Shown here one piece after another: positions 15,718 through 24,878 of a stretch of DNA of 43,706 nucleotides. Numbering within the stretch: the first letter of the stretch is position 1; each line of letters starts with the position of its first letter. The notes below the pieces were generated by a model. It had not been told where the DNA came from. It did no database searches and worked only from the letters and a program-made list of their open reading frames with translations. The translations under genes and the position numbers were made by a program. Origin of the DNA: a virus (Duplodnaviria; Caudoviricetes); IMG/VR virus record IMGVR_UViG_3300049792_000050, positions 1 through 43,706 of that record; one strand, given 5' to 3'.

Positions 15718-18336
15718 TCAGTTCTTCCCGAGCGCGCGGTTGTAGGCCTTGGGGCGCCGCGTGACGCCGTTCAGGATGATCTTCTGGCCGCGCGGGGATT
15801 CGATCGCCTTGAAGATCACGCTGTCGTCGGCCGCGATCGTCACCGTGCCGCTCACGTCGGCCTTCGCCGTCACGCCGCCTGAGACGAGGCCGCCGTCCGC
15901 GAATCGCTGGGCGCGTAGCGTCGCGCGCATCGGATCGACGGGGGCGATGGGCTCGTTGATCATGCGCAGGATCGAGAGCACACCAGGCTGGCGCACCGCG
16001 GCCGCGCGCACGACGTACTCACCGCGCGAGAGCAGGGCCGGGATACTGTCGCTGGTCTCGGAGCCTGGCCCGTGGATCAAGCCTCCGCGAGCAAGCCGTT
16101 TCGGCGCGGCCGCACCGCGAGGTGCGCCGCTGGCCCCGCCGGCGCCCCCGCTAGCCCCGGCAGTGGCGACTCCGCCGATCAACGCGAGGATCCCGCTGAT
16201 GATGATCTGGGCCGCAAGTCGATTGAGGCCCTGGATGATCTGTTCGATCGACTGCAGGGCCACGTCACCGAGATTCTCGAACCCGCGGCTGGCGCCGGTC
16301 AGCAGCCCCTCCAATCCCTGTCCGAGAACGTCGGTGGCCGAATCCCCGAAGTTGACCATCAGGCGCTGGGTCTCGGTGACGGACACCCCGATCTCATGGA
16401 TGGTCTGCTGGAGCTCCTTCGCGCGCTGGATCCGGTCCGGGTCTCCGGTCTGCTCGGCGGCGTCGCGCGTGAGCTGGGCAATGCGATCGAGATCGCCCAC
16501 GCGCGCCGCGTCGAGGGCTGCGATCTGCCGCTTGCCGTTGAGCTCGGAGATCACGCCGGCTTCGATCTGGGCCTGGATCGCGGAGCGATCACGGTCGAGA
16601 TCGGCAAGCGCGCGCGTGAGCAGCTCCTGCTGGTGCTGGAACTCCTCGGCAGCCCGCAGCCTCAAGGCAAATTCGTTGAGCTGCTGCAATCGATTGGCGT
16701 CCGTGAGGTTCGGCGTCTGCTCGAGCAGCTTCTGGAACGCGAGCGTCTCGGTGTTGATGTCGACCAGCGCCTGCTCGTGCCTGCGCCCCTCGGCATCGAA
16801 GATCTTCGACTGCGCGTCCAGCTGCTGCTTCGTGAGATCGTCGCGGCCCTTCTGCTCGTCATGGAACGATCCGGCCAGGTCCTGCTGCAGCTGGAGCTTC
16901 CTGCGAACGATCTCGGCCTCGGTATTCGCGATCGCGAGAGCTTTCTGCGCATCGTCCGGATTCTGGCGCTCGGCGGCGAGACGCTCGGTGAGGGTCGCGA
17001 TCTCGGCCGCCGCGGCCGCCTCGATGAGAAAACGCCGGCGCGAGTAGTAATCCTTGAGATTGGTGAGCCCGTCCTCGAACCGTTGCTTCTCGAGGTCCTG
17101 CTGGGCCTTGTTGATCTGCTGGTTGAGCTTGAGCTCGTTGTCCGCGGTCGCACGCGCGAGCGCGATGCGGTCGCGCGCGTCCTTGCCCGGATCGCGCGGC
17201 GGCGTGCCGCGGCCGCCACCACCCGCCGCCGGCGGCGCCTGCGCGGTGCCACCAAAACTCACGAGTCCCTTGAGCTGAGCCTTTCGCGCGTCGTCGCGAG
17301 CCTGGAAGTCCTTGGTGATCTTGTCGATCTCGCGAAACGTGTCGCGGAATACCTGGCCCGCCCGTTCGAAGTCGCCCGTGAGAGCAAACATCGTGGCGGA
17401 GATCGCACGCGCGGTTCCGGTCGCCAGGACGTTCACGCCCAGGAGGATCGCATCGACGAGCGTCGCGATGAGGAGAATCCCGACGGTCGCGGTGTCGACG
17501 AGGAACTGGAGGCCCGGGGCCTGGTCGCGGATGCCGCGCTGGACGTTCCCGATCTCGGTTCCCGCGGCCGTCAGGGCATCGATGATCGCCGGGCCGAGCG
17601 TCGAGGCGAACGTAATGGCCAGGTTGCCGGCGACCTGCTGCAGACCGTGGAGCTCGTTCGAGACGCGCGCCGCGCCGGCGATGACGTTCTTATCGAGCGC
17701 CGTGCCCGCGGCCTCGGCCGCCTTGACGACGGCGCCGAGCCCGCCCGAGCCGGCGATCTGTCCCAGCACCGGGATCAGGCGCGCGCCCGACTTGCCGAAC
17801 AGGTTGCCCGCGATGGTCGTTTTGCCCTCGCTGGCGGCCAGATTGTTCATGCGGCCAGCCACGAGGTCGATCGCCTGCGAGAGGTCCTTGCCGCGCAGGT
17901 CCTCGGGCGTGAGCCCGAGCCGCTTGAAGATCCCCTGCGCTGCCTGATCGCCCGAGGCCAGGGCGTCGAGCTGCTTCTGGAAGGTGTCGAGGTTGCGGGT
18001 CAGCTGCTCGACGCCGACGCCTGACTTCTGGGCGAGAGCGAACAGCGACTGAAGCTCGCTGGTCGTGAGCCCGGTGGTCTCGGCCAAGTCGGTCAGGACC
18101 GACGCCGCCTCGGCGCCGCGGCGCGTGAGCTCCACGAGGCCTGCGATGCCCGCGGTCACGCCGAAGAGCTCGAGCAGCTGGACGCCCTTCTCGAGCACGG
18201 CGTTGAAGCCCTCGAAGCTCCTGGCGTTGCTGGTGGCGGTCTTCTGGCCCTCGGTGCGGATCTGCCGGAGCGCGGAGAGGACCTCGGCCAGTCCTTCGGC
18301 GGAGAGCCTTACCCGGGTGTCTGGAATGTCAGGCAT
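15718..18336 (-). CDS. Tape measure protein (872 aa)
   Basis: Long Ala/Gln/Leu-rich helical protein after the chaperones; C-terminal ARGGLIHGPGSETSDSIPALLSRGEYVVRAAAV motif of lambda-type TMPs. Confidence 0.9.
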   Translation of the reverse strand: MPDIPDTRVRLSAEGLAEVLSALRQIRTEGQKTATSNARSFEGFNAVLEKGVQLLELFGVTAGIAGLVELTRRGAEAASVLTDLAETTGLTTSELQSLFALAQKSGVGVEQLTRNLDTFQKQLDALASGDQAAQGIFKRLGLTPEDLRGKDLSQAIDLVAGRMNNLAASEGKTTIAGNLFGKSGARLIPVLGQIAGSGGLGAVVKAAEAAGTALDKNVIAGAARVSNELHGLQQVAGNLAITFASTLGPAIIDALTAAGTEIGNVQRGIRDQAPGLQFLVDTATVGILLIATLVDAILLGVNVLATGTARAISATMFALTGDFERAGQVFRDTFREIDKITKDFQARDDARKAQLKGLVSFGGTAQAPPAAGGGGRGTPPRDPGKDARDRIALARATADNELKLNQQINKAQQDLEKQRFEDGLTNLKDYYSRRRFLIEAAAAAEIATLTERLAAERQNPDDAQKALAIANTEAEIVRRKLQLQQDLAGSFHDEQKGRDDLTKQQLDAQSKIFDAEGRRHEQALVDINTETLAFQKLLEQTPNLTDANRLQQLNEFALRLRAAEEFQHQQELLTRALADLDRDRSAIQAQIEAGVISELNGKRQIAALDAARVGDLDRIAQLTRDAAEQTGDPDRIQRAKELQQTIHEIGVSVTETQRLMVNFGDSATDVLGQGLEGLLTGASRGFENLGDVALQSIEQIIQGLNRLAAQIIISGILALIGGVATAGASGGAGGASGAPRGAAAPKRLARGGLIHGPGSETSDSIPALLSRGEYVVRAAAVRQPGVLSILRMINEPIAPVDPMRATLRAQRFADGGLVSGGVTAKADVSGTVTIAADDSVIFKAIESPRGQKIILNGVTRRPKAYNRALGKN

Positions 18337-18670
18337 CCCTGAGCTCCTCGAGGAGGCGCGGCAGCCTGGGCGCCTCGCTCTTCTTCCGGCGGTGGGGCGC
18401 GAGAGCCGCCCAGACAATCACGTTGTGGCGGTGGCTCTCGATCAGCTCCTGCGCCAGGAGAGCGCGGTAGGCCTCGAGGGCGTCCGCGAGCGGCCAGCGC
18501 CGGTAGATCGAGCGCGCGCGGTCTAGGTCCTCTCCTGCGAGAAACCGGACGACGCCGCTCCACTCGCCGTAGCGCGCGCGAACTCCGGAACGTCCGGACT
18601 TGCCCCTGGAGCGGCGTCCGAAGGCAGTTCGGTATTCGTCGAGGAGGCGAGCTCGCGCGCGAAGAAAGGG
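18329..18670 (-). CDS. Tail assembly chaperone, -1 frameshift extension (gpT-like)
   Basis: Open -1 frame from slippery CCCTTTC (minus strand of 18664-18670) to a stop overlapping the TMP start. Confidence 0.6.
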   Translation of the reverse strand, partial: PFLRARARLLDEYRTAFGRRSRGKSGRSGVRARYGEWSGVVRFLAGEDLDRARSIYRRWPLADALEAYRALLAQELIESHRHNVIVWAALAPHRRKKSEAPRLPRLLEELRDA

Positions 18671-19017
18671 ATCAAGAGCGAGGCCAGCGTGACGTCCTTG
18701 GTGCGCTTGTCCTCGGGGTCCTCGAGGCCGCCGACGAAGGCGGCGGTTTCGGCCGCCATCTCGGGCGTCCACGGGCCCTTCGCATCCGCCGGCACGAGCA
18801 CGCCGCCGAGCAGCTCGAGCGCCAGGTCGCCGTTTAAGAGCGCGTCGAGAACGCGCAGTCCATAGGATCGCGCGTCCTCGCCGGGCTCCTGGTGGATGTC
18901 GGTGATGCCGGCCTTCCGAATCCGGCTCATCATCCAGTGGTCGTGCCGGATGGTGGAACGGGCGGACGGGCGAAACTCCCGTCCGCCCAGGACGATCTTC
19001 GAATCGCGGGGGCGCAT
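18523..19017 (-). CDS. Tail assembly chaperone (gpG-like)
   Basis: Between tail tube and TMP; 164 aa; contains an XXXYYYZ slippery site at IPF. Confidence 0.75.
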   Translation of the reverse strand: MRPRDSKIVLGGREFRPSARSTIRHDHWMMSRIRKAGITDIHQEPGEDARSYGLRVLDALLNGDLALELLGGVLVPADAKGPWTPEMAAETAAFVGGLEDPEDKRTKDVTLASLLIPFFARELASSTNTELPSDAAPGASPDVPEFARATASGAASSGFSQERT

Positions 19018-19020
19018 GGC

Positions 19021-19797
19021 TTACGGCCTCGGGGTGACCCGGAAGTACGGCTCCGTCGGGTGGTTGGCGGCGTCGGAGATCACCTTGCCCGTGAGCTGGA
19101 GCTGGCCGGTGTCGTCCTCGGTGATGAACCCGGTCTCGCCGTCGACGTTGATCTGGACGTGCCAGACCTCGATCTCGAGCTTCGGGCCGTTCGCCGGGTC
19201 GGGGACGAAGAGCAGCGAGGCGTCGATCACCGTCGCGGTGCCGGCGGCGATGCGGGTCTCGTTGGTGATCGTGCCCTTGGTGTAGTCGATCAGGACGGTG
19301 TCGCCGTCGACCAGCACCCCGCCCGTCGTCAGGATGTGGATGATCCCCTTCTCGGCGTCGACGACGGTGTAGTCGGTGCCGAGGACCATGGGGGTCGATG
19401 GCGACTTCTTGACCGTGATCGCCGTGATGCGGCGGTTGGCGGTCGCGTAGTAGCCGCCCTTGACCACGGCCGCCACGAGCGTCTCGCCGGTGACCGCGCC
19501 CGTGGTCTGGCTGTAGGTCGCCTTCGAGCCCATCAAGCCGAGCTTCACGTTGTCGACCTGGAACTCGTCGAGCGTGATCGCGAACTTGTCCGTCCGCTTC
19601 CTCACGATCGAGAGCACGAGCGGAGCCGAGGCCTCGCAGCTCGAGTTCTTCTCGAGCACGTCGTCTTCGGTCGTGACCGCGAACTTGGGGACGTTCCCCA
19701 TCATGCGGTACTTGCCGGTCTTGACGCCGCCGGACCACTCGTCGATGTAGAGGTTCCCGCGGCCGAGGAGATAATTTGAGCCGACTGCCGGTTCCAT
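19021..19797 (-). CDS. Major tail tube protein
   Basis: NYLLGRGNLY...MGNVPKF...ITLDEF...; 258 aa; AAGGAG RBS; position. Confidence 0.8.
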   Translation of the reverse strand: MEPAVGSNYLLGRGNLYIDEWSGGVKTGKYRMMGNVPKFAVTTEDDVLEKNSSCEASAPLVLSIVRKRTDKFAITLDEFQVDNVKLGLMGSKATYSQTTGAVTGETLVAAVVKGGYYATANRRITAITVKKSPSTPMVLGTDYTVVDAEKGIIHILTTGGVLVDGDTVLIDYTKGTITNETRIAAGTATVIDASLLFVPDPANGPKLEIEVWHVQINVDGETGFITEDDTGQLQLTGKVISDAANHPTEPYFRVTPRP

Positions 19798-19822
19798 GGG
19801 CTACTCCTTCAGTGGACCGGCC

Positions 19823-20266
19823 TCAGGCCGCCACGGTTGCGTCGTTGACCTTCTGCAGGTAGAACGCGACCACGAACACCGTCGCGTGCGCCGCCCGGGA
19901 TTCCTTGCGCTCCCGGTCCCACTGGATCTCCACCTCGACCGTCCGATCGACCAGACCTCCGAGTTGCGATCCACAGAGCGCCGCGACCACCCATTCGAGC
20001 AGGGGGTCGAGCGCCTTGCCGGCGGGCGCGGCCGTCGTTCCCCTGGCCCAGCAATCGACCGCGGTCACGAAGCGGTGGTGCGCGAGCGGCGCGCGTGGGC
20101 CGATCTCGAAGACCTTCTCGGTCAGCTCGCCGACCGAGATCGCAAGGTCGGTGCCCTCGGGCAGATCATCGAGCAGTTCCCGCTCCGCCTGGGGAACTCC
20201 CGATGGCCGCCCGGTGTTGAGCGCCAGGAGCTCGGCCTCGAGGATCTGGTTTCGTAGCGTGCTCAC
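19823..20266 (-). CDS. Tail terminator / tail completion protein
   Basis: STLRNQILEA...LDPLLEWVVAAL...LGGLV; position before the tail tube gene. Confidence 0.65.
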   Translation of the reverse strand: MSTLRNQILEAELLALNTGRPSGVPQAERELLDDLPEGTDLAISVGELTEKVFEIGPRAPLAHHRFVTAVDCWARGTTAAPAGKALDPLLEWVVAALCGSQLGGLVDRTVEVEIQWDRERKESRAAHATVFVVAFYLQKVNDATVAA

Positions 20267-20562
20267 GGTTTCCTCAGGTAGAGCGTGATCAGCTCCCCGT
20301 CCTCGATCTCGAGGATCGTGCTCACCACCCAGCTCACGCCGTCGACTGTGAGCTGGCTCTTGACCGCCAGGCCCGGAAGCGAGCCCTGCTGCATCGTCAC
20401 CAGGATGTCGCGGCCGATCATCGCCGCCGGCGTTCCATCACCCTCCAGGATCCGGCTGCCGGCGCGATCGACCAGCCCCTTGACCGTGGTTGCGCCCAGC
20501 GTCACGTCGACGCCGAGATCCCGGAGGAGGGCCGGCACATCGCCGGCCCCGAAGTTCGGCAT
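20263..20562 (-). CDS. Head-tail joining protein (gpFII-like)
   Basis: 99 aa; LTVDGVSWVV...DGELITLYL pattern; position. Confidence 0.7.
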   Translation of the reverse strand: MPNFGAGDVPALLRDLGVDVTLGATTVKGLVDRAGSRILEGDGTPAAMIGRDILVTMQQGSLPGLAVKSQLTVDGVSWVVSTILEIEDGELITLYLRKP

Positions 20563-20568
20563 CTCTCC

Positions 20569-20952
20569 TTACGCGTACTTCTTCATGCCGACGAAGGCGC
20601 AGCTCGTCAGGAAGTGCGGCGAGGTCCCGCCGATCGTCGCCGTCGCGCGGAGGAACTTCTTCCGCGGTCCGACGTCGAGCACGATCTTCTGCTGGCTCGC
20701 GGCCGCGTCGGTGACGCCGGTGTAGGCCCCGCTCGGCACGGCGGTGTAGGTACCACCGCTCGTGTCGCACTCCTCGAGAACAACGGCGAGCGTCGGCGTC
20801 GTGCCGGTGCCCGCCGCGGAATTCAGGATGACCAGGGCGAGCCCCTCGTACTGCGAGATGTCGACTCCGGTGCCGGAGGCCGTCGTGATCCGATCCGCCG
20901 GGGCGAGGAGCGTCTCGGTGCTCGCCTTCGCGAGCGCGTTGAACGTGTTCAT
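20569..20952 (-). CDS. Probable capsid decoration/cement protein
   Basis: 127-aa beta-rich protein (GTGVDISQYEG...GTTPTL...KKFLRA) two genes after the capsid gene. Confidence 0.6.
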   Translation of the reverse strand: MNTFNALAKASTETLLAPADRITTASGTGVDISQYEGLALVILNSAAGTGTTPTLAVVLEECDTSGGTYTAVPSGAYTGVTDAAASQQKIVLDVGPRKKFLRATATIGGTSPHFLTSCAFVGMKKYA

Positions 20953-20954
20953 CG

Positions 20955-21458
20955 TCAGGTGCTCCTTCCGCCGCGGCGCGAGCCGCCAGGACCGGGATCC
21001 CGGTGCGTGGGCTTGGGATCCGCGTTGGTGATGTCGCCCAGGTTCTTGGGCGAGTCGTCGTCGTCTCCGCCGTCCGCTTCGGCGAGCGCCTGTTCGACAC
21101 GGCGCTTTACCTCGGCCTCGAGCTCCTCTTCGCGCGCTGCGACGCGCTCCGCAACGCGCCTCTCGATCTCCGCCTCGATCGCAGCCGCGTCCTGCTTCGG
21201 CCCGGCCGCGACGGCGTCCTCTTCCTGGTTCCGTGCCACGACCGCGGGCGGAGGATCGCTCTCGTATGCAGCGATTTCCTGAGGCGTGGCGCGGCGCACG
21301 GAGTTCGTCTGGATGAGCCCGATCGCGCGCGCCTTCGGAACCAGCATGGTCGTGCCAGGGAGGACGTCGACGCCTCCGCCGAGCGAGAACGCGCTCGTGG
21401 TGGTGACGTACTCCGATGGGCCGTTGATCGCGTTCCCCAAAAGGTCGAGATGCCTCAT
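20955..21458 (-). CDS. Hypothetical head-region protein
   Basis: GGGAG RBS; 167 aa with charged coiled coil; immediately after the capsid gene. Confidence 0.6.
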   Translation of the reverse strand: MRHLDLLGNAINGPSEYVTTTSAFSLGGGVDVLPGTTMLVPKARAIGLIQTNSVRRATPQEIAAYESDPPPAVVARNQEEDAVAAGPKQDAAAIEAEIERRVAERVAAREEELEAEVKRRVEQALAEADGGDDDDSPKNLGDITNADPKPTHRDPGPGGSRRGGRST

Positions 21459-21473
21459 GGCTGGCTCGCTCCC

Positions 21474-23489
21474 TTACAGCGTCGCGTCGACGGTCTTGGC
21501 GAACGACTCGCCGCGGCGCAGGAGGATGTCGACCATCTGGAAGCTCGTGACCTCGATGACCGCCTTCTTCTTCTGGCTGAGCTCGTCGACGATCAGCTCC
21601 ATTGCCGCCCAGCTGAGGAAGAACAGGTCCGCCCAGTTGCCGAAGACGAGCCCGACCTGGCTGCCGCCCGTCGGCGCCGAGCCGGACATCGTGGCCGACA
21701 CCTGGTTGGTCGAGCGCGCCTTGTAGCCGGCGATCTGGCCCTCGCCGACGCTGCCTTCCCAGAGCCAGCCGCCGGCCGCGCCGGCGATCCGCGGCTTGCC
21801 CATCATCACCGCGGCGAGCGTCGGGTGCGTCACCCAGCCGAGGTTGCCCATCTGGGCGTTCTTCGCCGCCGGTAGCGCCGACATGTTGACCAGCTTCGCC
21901 CAGTCGGGCTGGCCGCCCATGACCGCGACCTGGACGTCGGGCGCGTTGTAGATGCCCTGGGGCTCGGCGTTCGTGCCCCGGCCGTAGAGACCGGCGTAGT
22001 CGAACGCCAGCCCGTGCGCCTCGGCCATGTCGTTCTTGACGATGCGCTCGACCTCGGCCGAGCTCTGGACCAGCAGCTGGCGCGTGAACGGCGTGTTCGC
22101 CATCAGCGTCTTGGGCACGGCGCCCAGGATGCCGAGGATCGCCTGGCTGTCGCCGACGTCGCTGGGCGGGTTCTCACCGACCCACGTCGCGGTCGAGCCA
22201 GCGGTCTGCTTGACCAGCTCGAAGTTGCCGGTGAGGTCCGAGACGATGGTCGCGCCCATGCCGGCGAGCACGGTCGCGTTGCGCAGGAGCTCGACGAACT
22301 CGCCGCGGATCGCCTGGACGAGCTCGGGCCCGGCGCCGGCGACGTTGCCGGCCATCGTGCGCTGCTCGGTCGGCGTCTGCAGGCGCGTCGGGACGAAGAA
22401 CCCGCCGCGGCGCTTGTACTCGCCAGGCAGCTTCTTCTCGATCTCGTCGGAGACCTCGCGCTCGAGGCCGGTGATGCCGCCGCGCGAAACGGACTCGAGG
22501 ATCGCCTTGCGGTAGCTGTAATTCGAGGCGTCCTTGTCCGAGAGCTCGACCGCGCGCTCGGATGGAGGCTGCGCGATCGCCCGGCTCGTCTTGAGCTTGA
22601 GGATGTCGGTCGCGACCTGGTCGTAGGTCAGCTTGCGGCGCACGTAGTCGGCGATGCGATCGCTCATGCCGTGCGACTGGCAGAGGTCCGCGATCTCGGC
22701 GATGTCGCGCGTGGCGCCACCTTCGATGGTCGCGCTCGGCGCGGCGGTGCCGCCGCGGGTCTCGACGGCAGCGGGCTGCGCAGGAGTCTGGGCGGACGCC
22801 GCGGGCGCGCCGCTCCTCGTCTCGACGGTTTCGCTGCCCGCGCGCTCGGCGGGCGAGTGGGCGCAGGTTTCCTGGCCACAGAGCTTGCACTTCATGCTTC
22901 GTTCCTCCTCGGCGGACGCGCCGCCCTCGATTTCGACGGCGAAGGACTCGCCGGTCTCCGCACTGCGTCCCACGCCCACGGACAGGTCCGCGGGGATTCC
23001 CACCAGCGAGTACTCGACCGGCATCCACCGGGTGATCAGCCACTCGTCCTCGGCCATGGTCTCGCCCTGGACGGTCAGCTTTGCCTTCTGGATCACGTAA
23101 CCCGTCGAGACCCGCGTGCGGATCCCGTCGTTGACGTCCTGCTCGATCTCCCGGCCACGCACGCTGCGCGAGAACCGGATCTTCGCCCTGAGCTTCCGCG
23201 TGCCCTCGTCGAGCCAGCTCTCGAGCACGACGCCCACGACCTCGCCGCCGTGCTCGACCAGCAGCGCGCCGTTCTTCCTCATGTAGCGCAGGTCGACCGC
23301 GCTCTTCTCGTGCGACAGGACCTCGAGCCCGTACCAGCGCGGGATCTTGGCTTCGCTCGAGACCGACATCTCGTAGGTTGCGGGCTCGTCTTCAGCCGCA
23401 CCGGCCGCGCGATCGAGCTTCACGAGCTCGAGGTCGAGCGTCCGGTACTGGCGGGGGAGGTTCTTGAGCGCGGCCGTCCTGTGCTTCAT
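21474..23489 (-). CDS. Prohead protease - major capsid protein fusion (HK97 fold)
   Basis: N-terminal SVSSE..RWYGLEVLSH..LLVEH..VSTGY..EYSLVGIPADLSVGVGRS (HK97-type protease); C-terminal FVELLRN..ATWVGE..PKTL..TRQLLVQS..EPQGI..FGNWAD capsid motifs. Confidence 0.9.
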   Translation of the reverse strand: MKHRTAALKNLPRQYRTLDLELVKLDRAAGAAEDEPATYEMSVSSEAKIPRWYGLEVLSHEKSAVDLRYMRKNGALLVEHGGEVVGVVLESWLDEGTRKLRAKIRFSRSVRGREIEQDVNDGIRTRVSTGYVIQKAKLTVQGETMAEDEWLITRWMPVEYSLVGIPADLSVGVGRSAETGESFAVEIEGGASAEEERSMKCKLCGQETCAHSPAERAGSETVETRSGAPAASAQTPAQPAAVETRGGTAAPSATIEGGATRDIAEIADLCQSHGMSDRIADYVRRKLTYDQVATDILKLKTSRAIAQPPSERAVELSDKDASNYSYRKAILESVSRGGITGLEREVSDEIEKKLPGEYKRRGGFFVPTRLQTPTEQRTMAGNVAGAGPELVQAIRGEFVELLRNATVLAGMGATIVSDLTGNFELVKQTAGSTATWVGENPPSDVGDSQAILGILGAVPKTLMANTPFTRQLLVQSSAEVERIVKNDMAEAHGLAFDYAGLYGRGTNAEPQGIYNAPDVQVAVMGGQPDWAKLVNMSALPAAKNAQMGNLGWVTHPTLAAVMMGKPRIAGAAGGWLWEGSVGEGQIAGYKARSTNQVSATMSGSAPTGGSQVGLVFGNWADLFFLSWAAMELIVDELSQKKKAVIEVTSFQMVDILLRRGESFAKTVDATL

Positions 23490-23525
23490 GGGCGGCAGTC
23501 TCGTGGTCGAGCGGGCGGCAGGTCG

Positions 23526-23544
23526 ATTCGTAATTTGTACGAAT
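23526..23544. promoter_or_regulatory. Palindromic operator-like site ATTCGTA-N5-TACGAAT upstream of the capsid gene
   Basis: Perfect 7-bp inverted arms; the same motif occurs at 26756-26774. Confidence 0.7.
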
Positions 23545-23556
23545 GCCCCGGGCGGA

Positions 23557-23973
23557 TCACGGCAGGGGCTCGGCCGGCTGGTCCTCGGTCATCACCTCGA
23601 GCGCGTTCTTGATCCACTTGTGCGTGGGCGGGGTGCTCGCCGTGTCGTGGTAGCGGAGCCACCCTACCAGCCGGCGCTGCCCGCGTCCCTGCATGAGGAA
23701 GTCGGCCGGGTAGTAGGGCTCGGTGTTGCTCGGCGTGAACGTCGCTTCCGCTTTTTCCTCCGGCGTCGTGGCGCTGGCGGTTTCGGGGAGCGTCGCCTTC
23801 CACAGCGCCTGCTTCACGTTACCGACGGCGCCCGAGTCCCAGACATAGAGCTCGACGGACTTGGTGAGCCCCGTCCGGTCGATCAGGGCGCCGGCCTGGT
23901 CCCTGAGCGTCCACTTCAAGATCGGGTGGGTGTCGTGCTCAGCCAGGTCGACGCGGATCGGGGTGGTGGTCAT
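23557..23973 (-). CDS. BppU N-terminal-like structural adaptor protein
   Basis: HDTHPILKWTLRDQAGALIDRTG pattern resembles BppU-family domains. Confidence 0.5.
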   Translation of the reverse strand: MTTTPIRVDLAEHDTHPILKWTLRDQAGALIDRTGLTKSVELYVWDSGAVGNVKQALWKATLPETASATTPEEKAEATFTPSNTEPYYPADFLMQGRGQRRLVGWLRYHDTASTPPTHKWIKNALEVMTEDQPAEPLP

Positions 23974-24173
23974 GGCGCCTCTTTGAGTTTCGCTTCGCCC
24001 TCGGCCTCGAGCTCGACGATCGCGTCTCCGCCTGAGGCCAGCTGCAGGTTGGCGATGCCCAGGGCCTCAAGTTCCACGTAGACGGTCCCCGAGAGAGTGA
24101 TCGGGATCGAGGGGGTGGGGGGCGCGACTGGCCCCTGGGGACCGAGGAAGGTGGACAGGAGGTTCAGGAGCAC
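23970..24173 (-). CDS. Small hypothetical protein (67 aa)
   Basis: Fills the gap between co-oriented genes, with coupling at both ends. Confidence 0.55.
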   Translation of the reverse strand: MLLNLLSTFLGPQGPVAPPTPSIPITLSGTVYVELEALGIANLQLASGGDAIVELEAEGEAKLKEAP

Positions 24174-24174
24174 G

Positions 24175-24876
24175 CTAGACCCCCATCCCGACGAGCGACT
24201 GGAGCGGGAACTGGCGTTCAGCCATGAGTTCGACGGCGACGTGCGCCCACGGTTTCGAGACCGCGATCGAAATAGCCGCGTTCACGCTCGGCCCCGTCTG
24301 GAGTTGCGCGTTGCCCGCCATGCCGCGCGTGCGATTGGGCGAGGTACCCACGAGTACGTTGTCGTCCGTCGAAAATGGCGCGGCGATGGTTCCCGCCGTG
24401 GTCGCCGTCCCGCAATTGATCGCAAGGTGTTCGAGCAGGAGCGACGCCACGCCGCCGGCGATTGGGTTCAGCACGCGCGTGTCCGCGGTGCCGGTACCGG
24501 TCGCCCCGTCGGTGACGCCGACCGGGGTGCCCGGCTCGACGTACTCGTATTCGTACACGAATACGCGGCAATTGATGAGCGACGACGGGTTGAAGTTCAC
24601 GACCACGGCGAACGTCGATTTCGGCGGTTGCTTGAACCGGTAGATGGCCGAGCAGACGTTCGCGTTCGCCGCCCGCACGAGCGTCGCCGCGACCCCGCCG
24701 ACCGTCACGCTCGCGACGACCGCGTCCGTCGCGAGCTGGTCCCATGATGCGATGCAGATAAACAGGTGACGCCCGATCGAATCCGGGAAGCTCGGCGTGA
24801 AGTTGAGCGTGAGCGACGTCACGGCGACCCCGCTCGCGCCCAGAACCCCGTCCTGAAAAATCGCTTCGTAGCCCAT
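24175..24876 (-). CDS. Beta-rich putative virion appendage protein (233 aa)
   Basis: ATG 2 nt after the upstream stop; Thr/Ala/Val-rich beta-type sequence (SVTVGGVAATLV). Confidence 0.6.
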   Translation of the reverse strand: MGYEAIFQDGVLGASGVAVTSLTLNFTPSFPDSIGRHLFICIASWDQLATDAVVASVTVGGVAATLVRAANANVCSAIYRFKQPPKSTFAVVVNFNPSSLINCRVFVYEYEYVEPGTPVGVTDGATGTGTADTRVLNPIAGGVASLLLEHLAINCGTATTAGTIAAPFSTDDNVLVGTSPNRTRGMAGNAQLQTGPSVNAAISIAVSKPWAHVAVELMAERQFPLQSLVGMGV

Positions 24877-24878
24877 TG

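Noticed and set aside
24546-24565. Palindrome CGTATTCGT-AC-ACGAATACG resembling the late operator
   Set aside because: Inside a coding region (RVFVYEYEY) and with different arm spacing from the two intergenic copies.
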